A stretch of DNA of 64,000 nt from Yuukianura sp. NJ FZ-2021 (Eukaryota). The translations under genes were made by a program, and so were the position numbers. The stretch spans positions 1,178,001-1,242,000 of the forward strand of contig CM102283.1 of NCBI GenBank assembly GCA_046563655.1, written 5' to 3'. Position 1 is the first letter of the stretch, and every line of letters starts with the position of its first letter. Positions 13,133-24,697 of this stretch are shown piece after piece. The notes under the pieces were generated by a model that did no database searches, was not told the origin of the DNA, and saw nothing but the letters and a program-made list of their open reading frames with translations.

Positions 13133-15439
13133 ATGGACATCGTTTTTATTAAAAAGTTGTGCCTCCGTGTGTCATTGACCTCAACTTCTAAAGCAACGTG
13201 TCAACCAGTCCTTGTCTCCGTGGTCGCTCCTACCGACATACGAGAAGCCGCAGAAACAGACGACGTGAACCTCACTGTTGACTATGCTAAGCTAAGTGCT
13301 GAAATTACAGGAAGATGCGACGACAAATCATTTCCGACGTTATTAGATCTCGTCAAAGCTATCAGTGATCTTTGTCCTCCTGGAGTAACGATTGAAGCCG
13401 AACAAACTAGAGGTCACTACCGAGCGGGGTCAATTGGACTTGGACTGAGGAATGTTAAAAAGTCAAACTCCGACAACTATGAGCAGCAAGTACAACATGT
13501 TATCCAAGACATCAGAGTGTGTACCATCATCGGAGTAAATCCAGAAGAGCGATTTCAGAAGCAGTTCGTCGTGGTTGATGTCAAGTTCGGAGAAACGGAT
13601 TCCAGTATCTCCGAAATCGTTGATTTCGTTGCAGAGTTAGTCGAGTCTTCCAATTTCTTTACCGTCGAAGCTCTAGCTCATCGAATTGCATCACGAGTTC
13701 AGGATGTTTTTCAAGTTAAAGGAGATATCAAGGTGAATGTCACCAAACCGGATGCTATTACGTTTGCAGAGGGCGTTGGAGTGAGGGTGAACAGAAAGGA
13801 ACATGAAACATCGCTTTCGAAACCGAAGAGAGTTGTGGCTATAGAACCTCCATGTTGTGCCGTGGCAGGTGGCATACATTGCCTTTGGATCCAACATTGA
13901 ACCGCGTGTCGACTTCATTTCCAGAGCATTGAAACGAATTCACGATAATGAAAGAATCAAAGTAATGGACACAAGTTTCATGTACGAGTCACTCCCAATG
14001 TACTTCCTGGAGCAAGAATGTTTTTACAACGGAGTCGCCAAAGTTCTAACGACGTGGAACCAGTTTGAACTTCTACAAGCTTTGAAACAGATCGAAGTCG
14101 AAGTTGGGCGGGAGAATCGGTTCGAAAATGGGCCCAGGGAAATTGACTTGGATATTCTATATTATGTCAATGGTTATGGTGATGGTCCTGTTAGTACCGA
14201 TGCATTGACTATCCCACATCCTAGGATTCGCGAACGCGAATTCGTATTACGGCCACTCATAGAGTAAGTTTCAATTTCAGACCACTTTTTCATTTTATTA
14301 TTTGTTGTTAATTTGTATTTCCTTGGATTTGTTAGATATTAGGATTTGTAAAATATTTTATACAATTTTATATTTTATATTCATTTTATATTTATATTGA
14401 TTTTATTGAGTTATTTTATAAAATTGGGTTCTATATTGATAAAATAATTATTGTGTTTTGTTTTTCTAGTTTGCAGGACAGTTTCATGGAGGAGGATGTG
14501 GGAGCCAACCCAACTCTGATGCTGAAATCTCTAATGTCAAAGGGGCCATCGACTGTACAGAAGGTTCTTCCACTTTGGTCTCCGCAGCATCCTGAACCGC
14601 GCCAGCTCAAATGGAATTCAAAGACGTTCATCATGGGCATTCTGAACATGTCTCCAGACAGTTTTTCGGAACCTGGAATTACAAACGCTGAAAGAGCAGC
14701 GGAGGCTGCGCTGAAAATGGTGGCTGATGGAGTTGACTTGATTGACATCGGAGCAGTGTCGAGGAGTCCTGGACGCACAGAGTCCATGTCAACTCGAGAT
14801 GAAATTGCAGCGTTGACGTCCGTCATCAAGCTTCTGCGCGCCAAAAACGTCAAAGTGCCAATTTCAGTTGATGTGTTCAAGGCCGAAGTAGCGGAAGCAG
14901 CTATAAGAGCAGGGGCGGACATCATCAACGACGTTGGCATGGCGGTTCGTGACCCAGAAATGATTGAAGTTGCTGCCAAGTTGGGAGTTCCCATTGTCTT
15001 TATGCACACTCGCGGAAGTCCGTCGGACATACACAACTACACTGAGTACGACAATGACGACGTCGTAGATGGAGTCATCTCAGAGTTAAATCAAGTCGTC
15101 GAGAAGGCTATTACAGCGGGAATTTTCCGGTGGAACATTATTCTCGACCCGGGAATCGGTTTTGCCAAGACTGGAGAACAGAATTTGGAAATTTTGAAGA
15201 ACTTGAAAAAATTCAAGTCACCGGATTCTCCAGTTCGTGGATTTCCGCTGCTGATTGGTTGTTCCAGAAAGAAGTTCATTGGCACACTCACGGACGTTGA
15301 GGATCCGCTTCTGCGCGGTCCGGGAACCATGGCCTCTACTGCAGCATCGATTTGTGAAGGCGCTGATATCATACGAGTCCACGATGTATTAGAAAATATA
15401 CAAGTAGCGAAGTTTGCCGACGCTTTTTGGAGAAACTAA
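13133..15439 (+). CDS. FOL1: Trifunctional folate synthesis protein copy A (DHNA x2, HPPK, DHPS); intron 14264-14469; apparent +1 frameshift near 13850
   Basis: DHNA motifs TVDY, IGVNPEER, FTVEALA, VTKP. HPPK motifs AYIAFGSN, GPREIDLDIL, IPHPR..EREFVLRPL. DHPS motifs GILNMSPDSFS, IIND, DPGIGFAK, SRK, RVHD. Confidence 0.92.
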
Positions 15440-16248
15440 TTTTTCCAAAGGTAAAATTTGCAGCTATATTTCAAATTTTGATTTTTTTTTTAATCAAATT
15501 TTGATTCTGTTTTTTATATTTTGTGTAGAGACTTGGAGCTGAAAGCGTAAACTTGGATCCTTGGTCTTCGTCTGTAGTAAAACTTAAAGTAGGTTAATAC
15601 TAGAAATCTTGCATAATCCTTAGTATTTCCAATTTTTCCAAATTTCACGTCCCTATCTAAAATTTCCGTATCTAATGATCAAATTTTGGTATGAGGTTAG
15701 CAATGCTAATTAGATGATGCTAACTTTAGCATCATCTATGAAATTCGCTTTCCCGTTTACTCTTTCTTCAAATTAAAAATGAATTGAGTTCGATTCGGTA
15801 ACCTAATTAGTATTCAATCCCAGTAAAATCCCACTAAAGTTATGTTCAATTGCAGTAGTAACTTTACTTTACAGCCCAAATGGTTTTTTGAAGGTGCAAT
15901 TTAATTTAGCTTAAAAATTTAACTACTAAAAGGATGTATTTAGCTCTAAAACAGCAATAAGTATCGAATATCCTACGCTAATATAAATTAGCACTTAATT
16001 TAATTTTTCGCCAATAAAATTTAACGGTCGAAAACTCGAAAAGGTGTTTTATTTTATTTTTTTCAAAAATTATTTAAAAATGAAAATTCTCAACTATTTT
16101 TTCTTTTTAGTTCTTTGGTTTCAAAGGCCGCAGTAACTCAAGTCTTTACAAGTCAAGTCAAGGATTGACAGTATAAATTGATTATTTTTTAGAAAATTAC
16201 TGAAACCACAATAGCTAACACAGGTAATTTTGGAAGTTTTTCATTACG

Positions 16249-17312
16249 TTATTAAGTATCGTCAGATACTTATAGGGATCGTAATGGCCGTCCGTCCGTC
16301 CGTCCGCCGTCCGTCTGTCCGTCCGTCCGTCTGTCCGTCCGTCTGTCCGTCCGTCTGTCCGTCCGACTGTATACTAGCCACAACATCTCTGGAACCGCTG
16401 GACCGATTTTCAATCTGTCTTCACAGATGAACTACACATGGTCCAGGGGTGGACAAGTGGTTTCCGGTTTGACCGGAAGTGGCCAACTTCCGGGTCAAAG
16501 GTCAAGGTCAAGTACATTTTCGACGGAATTTGGAAAAGTTGCCTGTACAAAAGTTGTTCATCTCAATGAGAGGAGCAACTTTTTTGTCGCTGATGCTGAC
16601 CTTCGACGTACGGTTCTAGAGATATAGACGCTGCAAAGTTGCAAAATGGCGTCGCTCATACTACGCGCGTCTATAACTCTGGAACCACTTAACCGATTTT
16701 CAACCTGTCTTCGCAGATGAGCTTCACATGGTAGAGGGGTCACTAATCGGTCTCTGGTTTGAACGGAAGTGGCCAAATTCCGGGTGAAAGGTCAAGGTCA
16801 AGTACATTTTTAAGTATCGTCAGATACTTTCATTCAGAGAAAAATCAGTTTCTGGATTCATCTCAAGTGACCTCTATCGGTGTCAAAGGTGAAGGTTATG
16901 CTCCATTTATATTAGGGAAACGGACGGACAGACTCGGAAGGGGTTTGCGGAAATCCAGCTTTGATGACCTTGAGTGACCTCTAACGTGGTGAAATGTCAA
17001 AGACATTTTTTTTTGTACAAGTTGGGAAACGGATAGACCGATTTGGTAGCGGTTTACGGGGATCCGATTTTGATCACTTCTAGTGACCTCTAACAGGGTC
17101 AAGGCTCAAGGTCCTCTTTTTCTCTATAATTCGGAAAAGGATGGAACGATTTGGAAGTGGTTTCCAGGCATCGCTGTTTGACGACGCGAGGACTAAGATT
17201 TCTGTTTGACCTCTAACAATGTGAGAGATCTAGGTCAACAATATCTCGCGCGGGAACTCTCTATAATTGATCTGACGATACTTAGTTACATATCGTCTTT
17301 GCAAGAAGTTTA
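16249..17312 (+). mobile_element. Helentron-associated (DINE-1/HINE-like) non-autonomous element in the probable 5' UTR intron of FOL1 copy B
   Basis: 5' subTIR aagtatcgtcagat within a hairpin (aagtatc/gatactt), (GTCC/GTCT)n microsatellite at 16288-16365, and 3' subTIR atctgacgatactt at 17270-17283 followed by a short hairpin and T-run. Internal duplication 16385-16510 vs 16675-16810. Confidence 0.8.
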
Positions 17313-17441
17313 TTTTTTCTACTTAAAAGTGAAACTAAATTCTCAAGTCCATTGCTATTGAATTTGGAACCTCTAAATTCTAAAATGTTTCAAATTGATT
17401 CAATAGCATTCTAATTTTTTTGTTTTTCAGAGTCCGGAATC

Positions 17442-19852
17442 ATGGGTATCGTTTTCATTAAGAAATTGTGCCTTAGAGTGTCGCTCACTTCAGACCCGAA
17501 TCCGAAGTATCAACCAATCCAAATCTCCGTATTTGCGCCGTTCGATACTGCTAAAGCAGCAGATGCTGACGATGTTGCTTTTGCCCTTGACTATTCTAAA
17601 CTTGCTGTTGAAATTCAGAGAAGCTGCGACGATAAATCATTTTCGACATTACTAGATCTTGTCAGAACTATCAATGACCTTTGCCCTCCTGGAGCCATGG
17701 TTGAAGCAGAACAAAGTAGGGGTCACTGCAGAGCTGGAACAATCGGACTGCGACTAAAGAATGTTAAAAATCTGAAGGGCTACGAACATCAAGTTGAAAA
17801 TTATATTCAGGACTTACAACTTTGTGCCATCATCGGAATAAACGCAGAAGAACGAATTCAAAAGCAGACTATCGTTGTTGACCTTAAGTTTGGCGAAACT
17901 GATTCCGCTGCTGTATCGGAAATTGCTGATTTCGTTCAAGGTTTTTAATCAAAACAAAAAAAAACATTTTTCTACACAGGTTGTCCAATAACTCCACGGT
18001 CTTAATTTTGTAAAATAATTTGCAAAATTTGCTTCGCAATGCCTTTCTATGGTAATAATTTGTACTATGTAGTGTAATAGGAATTCCTGCAGAAATTGGA
18101 TTGAAGTAAGATTATTGGAAACCCTGAGTTATTGTACAACCTGTTGTAGGAAATACAATTTGGTTGTCAAGAAACCTTGATTTCGTTCCAGATCTGGTGG
18201 AATCTTCTAACTTCTTCACAGTCGAAGCTTTGGCTCACAAAATTGCTGCCCAAGTTCAAGTCGTTTTTGGTCTTAAGGGAGATATTTCTGTCGATGTCAC
18301 TAAACCTAACGCCGTTACATTTGCAAAGGGAGTTGGAGTGACTGTGACACGAACGGATACTGAATCGCTGATACCAAAAATGATTGAGGCTGCAGACGTT
18401 TCGGAAGTTGTGGCTTACATTTCCTTTGGATCCAACATTGAACCGCGTATCGATTTCATTTCCAGAGCTTTAAAACGGATGTCCAGTACTCCAGGCATGA
18501 AACTACTGGACACAAGTTTCATGTACGAGTCACTTCCGATGTACTTTCTGGAACAGGATTTGTATTACAACGGAGTAGCCAAAATTGAAACGACGTTTGA
18601 CCCATTTGAACTACTGCGGGCTATGAAAGAAATTGAAGACGAAATTGGGCGCCAAAAACGTTTCGAAAACGGTCCAAGAGAAATTGACTTGGATATTTTG
18701 TATTATGGGGCTCATCGTGTCAGTAGCGACGAACTGACCATTCCACGTCCAAAAACCTACCAAAGGGAATTTGTGTTGCGACCACTTGTAGAGTAAGTTT
18801 TAATGTCAAAGGTCAAAGGTCACGTTGTAAAATGAATTTCAAATTTTAACGTTAATTTTAAATGAAATTTGGTAAATTTTAGTTTGCAAGATGCGTACAT
18901 GGAAAATGTGATCGGGGTCAACCCAACTGTGATGCTGAAATCTCTTATGTCAAAGGGGCCATCGACTGTCCAGAAAGTTCTTCCACTTTGGTCTCCGCAG
19001 CATCCTGAATCGCGTCAACTCAAATGGAATTCAAAGACGTTCATCATGGGCATTCTGAACATGTCTCCAGACAGTTTTTCAGAACCTGGAATCACAAACG
19101 CTGAAAAAGCAGCGAAGGCTGCGCTGAAAATGGTGGCTGATGGAGTTGACTTGATTGACATCGGAGCTGTGTCGAGGAGTCCTGGACGAACAGAGTCCAT
19201 GTCCACTCGGGATGAAATTGCAGCGTTGACATCCGTCGTCAAACTTCTGCGCGCCAAAAACGTCAAAGTGCCAATTTCAGTTGATGTGTTCAAGGCCGAA
19301 GTTGCGGAAGCAGCAATAAGAGCAGGGGCGGACATTATCAATGACGTTGGCATGGCAGTTCGTGATCCAGGAATGATTCAAGTTGCAGCAAGTTTAGGCG
19401 TGCCGATTATTCTAAAGCACATGAGAGGAAGTCCAATGAACATGCGGAATTTAACGGAGTATGACAACGACGACGTCGTAGGCGTAGTCATCTCAGAGTT
19501 AAATCAGGCAGTCGAAAAACTAATTGCTGCTGGAGTATTTCGGTGGAACATTATCGTGGACCCGGGAATTAGTGGTCCGAAGACGGCATTACAGGATTTA
19601 CAAATTTTACAAAATCTGAACAAGTTTAGTTCGCTGGAGTCTCCACTTCGCGGAGTTCCGTTGCTTGTTGGTTGTTCCAGAAAGTCGGTAATTGGTGCTA
19701 TAACGGGAGTTGAAGATCCACTTTTGCGTGATCCAGGAACACTGGCTTCCACGGCAGCATCAATTTCTCAAGGTGCGGATATCATTCGTGTCCATAATGT
19801 TGAGCAAAACATGCAAGCTGTAAAGTTTGCAGACACATTTTGGCGAAAATAG
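17442..19852 (+). CDS. FOL1: Trifunctional folate synthesis protein copy B; exons 17442-17940, 18192-18792, 18883-19852
   Basis: Collinear with copy A and fully open after removal of two GT-AG introns. Several motif substitutions are present (IPRP, DPGISGPK, RVHN). Confidence 0.92.
17937..18179 (+). mobile_element. 243-bp hAT-like MITE forming FOL1-B intron 1
   Basis: Termini caaggttt...aaaccttg, perfect 8-bp TSD atttcgtt (17929-17936 and 18180-18187), and inner IR acaggttgt.caataact. A homologous copy lies at ~22995-23190. Confidence 0.85.
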
Positions 19853-20120
19853 TTTAATAAGTTTATATATTCTAGTGGTAAAAAATTGCGATTATCAGAA
19901 AACTTGTAAGTTAAACAAAAATTAAATTTTGCCGAGACTGGAAGGCAAAAGCCGAACGTAGTTGCTGCTTTTTTCCTTCTCAATAATAAAAGTAGAATTT
20001 TATATGGAAAACTTTTGCATCTTTATTTTTCATAACTAGTATACATAAATTTCACTTTCAACATTTTCAACATAACAACTTTTACCATTTTGAAAATATT
20101 TTCATAATTTATAAAGTTTG

Positions 20121-21343
20121 CTAGGAGGTTACCGTAATCTGAGAAGATCTCTTGCGCGTTAGCCTTCTTACCTTGTGAAGAGCAACTGAACCGTTCCAGT
20201 AAGCTGAAATTTTGAAATATAAAATTGGAATGCAAAAAAATGCGAGTTTTGCAAAAAAAAAATGAAAGGGAAAGAGAAATTTTCTTACAGTCGTAGCAAG
20301 GATTTTCACTAATAACTCTTGGAATGGTTTCTTTATCCCACGCATCATGTTCTTCAAGGTTCCCACCTAAAGATTTTGGTAGGATTTCTGCTCCAATATT
20401 TTTAGCAAGGGATTCCATATTTCTATGGACATGAACTCGCTTCTGAAGTTTTTTCGACAACAATTTCACAGCTACTTTGTAGACTGGCCAGAATATAAGA
20501 GGAACGTTCACGAAGTGGAATCCTGCCGCCTTCATTGGAAACATTTCCTACTCAGAAAACAAATTTTTTTAGCATTCCTTAAAATTAGTCATATTGTAGA
20601 AACTAAAACTTTAGTCATGTTCATGCGCAGAACGCATTTGGCACAACTCTTGGTTTACTAAAAGGTAAGGTGTATCAATGATAATTAAGTTGGTTTGTTA
20701 ATTACAGTGAAGAGTTTGACGGTAAAGATGAGTGCTTGAGGCGTGAATTGGCGAGCAATGGAAAATGGGAATCCAGACAAGTCTGCGATAAAGACGAATC
20801 CACTGAGTTGGACGGAAACGTCTTGAAAGTATTCTTCCGTGAAAAATGAGTATGCCAACTGTAGCTGCTGGAGAGAACCAATTTTAGTGTCCCAGTTTGT
20901 CGTACTGAAGAAAGCAACAATTGCCCCGTCCCTCCTGTTTTTGAGTATGCGCATAACGTCCATGTCGTAGATAGGGATGAAGTCACACGGTCGAATTCGC
21001 TCCACGAGGTGGAGGTTGACAAAGATGCTGTCGTAGTACTTTTCAATGGCCACGACGGTGGCATGTGGACAGTACTTTTTACAGCGCAGGAACTTCACTA
21101 AGAATCCACTGTCAGTTTTTACCGGCAGAGGGAATTTCTTTTCTACAAATAATTACAAAATACTCAATTTTGAATATTTTTTTTTTAATTTTTGCAGTAA
21201 CCAAGTAAAAAATGGCGAAAATTTTTGGAATTACCTAAAAGAATTTGTCGCACAATTTCGAGCAATTGTGGAATTGTATGCTCCTTTGACGTATTTGCTG
21301 CATCTGCTGCTGGAGAGGGGAAAAAGCATTGCTCCATTGTCAT
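20121..21343 (-). CDS. CRAL-TRIO / alpha-tocopherol transfer protein-like, copy 1 (4 exons)
   Basis: D.GFLVKFLRCKKY, Q.SGFVFIADLSGF, FP.K..GFHFVNVP, KKLQKRVHVH and ILPKSLGG. Confidence 0.88.
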
Positions 21344-22505
21344 TTCGAAAAAATTATTTGAAAAAAAAATTGAACAATTTTGTTTAAAAGGTTTTCGGCG
21401 ATTCCTTGACCAGGCAAAATCCAACTGCTGGAAAATGATTTGGAAAAACGGATTTTATTAAAGAAAACTTTCTCACAGTTTAAAAGTTTAAAACGAACAT
21501 GTTTTAAAAGATTGGCGCAAATCCTTCCGAAAGGACTGCAAGCATGGGAAAACATTTTTATATAAAAAATTACGAGTTAATTAAACTCAAATAAGCTAAT
21601 AAATTTCGAACATGTTGAAATAAAGCATTCACGTAAATTTACAAAACGGAACTATGAAATTATGAGATTATACAGATAGAGCGGTATTTTCCGCTTTTGC
21701 GATTTTATTTATTCCTCTTGGTTTTAACTTTTTCCTGCAATGTGAAATTCTGGCTCAAAATTTTGATTTTTCAACTCTGATGGGAACATTTGGCTTCAGG
21801 GTTAACGCAAAATTTATCTTTGAAAAGATTAACGTAACCGTGTGACCGCTGCAGGTCAGTTCTGTGGACTTGTTAAAAAATGTACCGGAATCTTCGTTGG
21901 GGCATTGTAGACGTCATAACTTAACTTTGACTTAAGCAACTCTTTGTGTGCATAAAAAGTAAAACCGAAAATGTTTTTTGAGTTATTGAAGTTTTGCAAA
22001 AATTCAAATGTCTTTCTATATCTTTTTGGGAAGTCAACATTTTCCAGTCAAAAAAACGAAAATACTAAGTACCGAAACGCGTTATGAATGTTCGTTTACA
22101 TTGGTTCAAATTCGATTTTAATATGCGATAAAAGTATTCTTAAAAATGAATGAAAATTAAACATCTAAATCTCGAAAGTCGGAGTTAATAGTTGTGAATA
22201 CGTTTTATTCAGAACTCATTCTTGAAAAATTAAACCTCGAAAACACATTTTCCAAGATACCATTTCTACATTACCACGTTTAATTGTATGTATTGTGCAA
22301 TTTCCTTTACTTTGTTTTCGAGATGAACAAAAAATTGGAAAATTTAAATAATGGACAGCAGAGTTAGTATTCACAAAAAGTCTTGTATATCTTTACTATT
22401 TTCATTAGGGTGTATAATTTCACTTTCAAAATTTTCATTTTGGCAACCGATCATTTCAAAAATATTTTCGTAATTTAGAAGAGTTTTCTATGCGGTCATC
22501 ATAAT

Positions 22506-23904
22506 CTATGAAGATCTCTTGCGACGCATTCTTCTCGCTCGATGAAAACCAACGGAACCGTTCCAGTAAACTAAAATTTTGACACAAAGTATATTGGAAT
22601 GCCTTTGGAAGAAACAAAAATTGTGTTTAATATATCAAATTTTGGAAAATTGCTTACAGTCATAGCATCGATTTTGATTAATAACTTTTGGAACAATTTC
22701 CTCATCCCAAGCTTCATGTTCTTCAAGGTTCCCGCCTAAAGATTTCGGTAGGATTTCTGCTCCGAGGCTTTTTGCAAGGGATTCCATGTCTTTATGGATG
22801 TGAACTCGCTTCTGAATTTTTTCGGCAGTAATTTCACACCTACTTTGTAAACTGGCCAAAATATAAGAGGTACGTTCACGAAGTGGAATCCTCCCGCCTT
22901 TATTGGAAACATTTCCTGCACAGAAAATAAAATTTTTGTAACATTCTTAAACGTAAAGTCCAAGTTGAGGAATATTCTTCGTAAACGAAGGGTACGTAAA
23001 CAAAAAAGTTTTTTGTACACAAGGATATCCAATAACTCTACGTTTTTAAATTTGTTAAATAATTTGCAAAATTTTCATCGCCAAGTCATGTAATAGGAAT
23101 TGGTGCAGAGTTTGAAATAAGATTATTCAAAACCCTTAGTTATTGGGCAACCTGTTGTAGGAAATACAATTTGGTTGTCAAGGAACCTTGATTCTTGCAT
23201 ACAAACTAAAACCTAAGTAATATGCGCAGAAGGCATATTTGACACAACTGCGGCTTAACTGAAGCTTAGGACATAGGATAAAATTATTTTGTTAATTACA
23301 GTGAGGAGTTTCATGTAAAACTTGACTGCTTGAGGTGTGAATTCGCGAGCAATGGAGAATGAGAATCCAGACACGTCCGAGATGCTGACGAATCCACTGA
23401 ATTGGACGGATACATCCTGAAGGATTTCCTCCATGAAGAAGGAGTAGGCCAACTGTAACTGCTGAAGGGGACCAATTTTAGTGTCCCAGTTTGCCGTACT
23501 GAACAAGGCAACTCTTGCACCGTCCTTCTTATGTTTGAGCGTACGTAGAACGTCCATGTTGTAGATGGGCAAAAAATCACTTGGACGAATTCCCTCCATG
23601 AGTCGTAGGTTGACGAAGATGCTGTTGTAATAGTTTTCAATGGCAACCACGGTAGCATGTGGACAGTACTTTTTACAGCGCAAAAACTTCAGTAGGAATC
23701 CATTGTCGGTTTTCAGTGGTAGAGGAAAATTCTTTTCTACAAAAAGTTATGATATTATGAGTTTAGAAATTTTTTTTAAAAAAAAAATGATAGTTTTTGA
23801 AATTTCAATATCAGCCAAGTAAAAAAGACAAAAAAGTTGTGGATACCTAAAAGAATTTGTCGCACAGTTTCGAGCAATTCCGGTATTTTCTGTTCCATTG
23901 ACAT
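22506..23904 (-). pseudogene. CRAL-TRIO copy 2, 5'-truncated, with a frameshift
   Basis: Exon 1 lacks its N-terminal part and the conserved upstream block. An A-run near 22820 is one base short, which may be a sequencing error, and the stop is 6 codons early. Confidence 0.7.
22995..23190 (+). mobile_element. Second, more decayed copy of the MITE that forms FOL1-B intron 1
   Basis: Aligns by eye with 17952-18179, ending caacctgttgtaggaaatacaatttggttgtcaag.aaccttg. The paralogous intron near 32905 shows the empty site. Confidence 0.8.
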
Positions 23905-24697
23905 AATTATAATAATAATATAATATAATTTGGGAATCCACTCAAAAGTCGCACAGTTTGCAACTCAATTCTGAGCGTATAGTCAGAAATAGAGAAGGGA
24001 ATGGAAAAATGGGCGATTTACTCTGACTTCTGAACTTGCGTCAAAGACAGATCCAAAGTATTTTGAGTCAGAATCAGCTCTTCCCGACCTCCCTATTAAT
24101 CCGGTTTTGATTAATTTCTAATTCAAATGAAAAATAACCAGAGTTTTAATTGACCTTGACAACTTTTAGTTTTAATGAGACTAGTGGCAAGACTTGTTCC
24201 GAGTGCTGAAGATTACAGAGAAGAAAAGACACGCTCTAATATATGTAACCGCGCATGGGACGTTTTTAAACAGCCCAAGGTTTTTTTTTTCGCATGCAAG
24301 GAGATTTTCTTTTAAACTGCAATTGAAAAAGTTTCTTAATCTAAAGCCAAAGAAGGGGATTGAGTCTTTTGGAAAACCCAAGAATTGAAAGTCATTGAAT
24401 TGTATCAACATTCGGTGACCTTGGTGGATGACCACCATAGTCTGGATATACAACTAAACATTATTTTTATTCAGTTTAATTCAATTTAGATATTTAAATA
24501 AGCATGAAACATACACTTAGAAAATAAAGGTGAAGGCTGAAATTTAAAGTTAAAATCTAAGCTTTAGACTGAATTGAATTCGAAAAATGAAGCAGCTTTG
24601 TATCTTCACTACTTTCATAATACGTATTAACTTCAGTTTCAAAATTCCCAATTTGACAACAGCATCTCAAAAATATTTTCATAATTTGTAAAGTTTG

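Noticed and set aside
14431-15372. Antisense ORFs over DHPS (also 19015-19752)
   Set aside because: These are shadow ORFs of the sense coding sequence.
16230-17102. Short ORFs with PSVRPSVC repeats
   Set aside because: They are translations of the microsatellite and body of the Helentron-like element.
13133-19852. FOL1 pair as fungal or bacterial contamination
   Set aside because: It is contiguous with animal genes, has host-style introns and shares a MITE family with the neighbouring array. Read-level confirmation is still needed.
21340-21555. Conserved MFSH... ORF upstream of each CRAL-TRIO copy as a coding exon or transit peptide
   Set aside because: It does not join the main frame consistently, and copies 4 and 7 have frame-breaking indels or stops. 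It is more likely duplicated UTR or promoter sequence.
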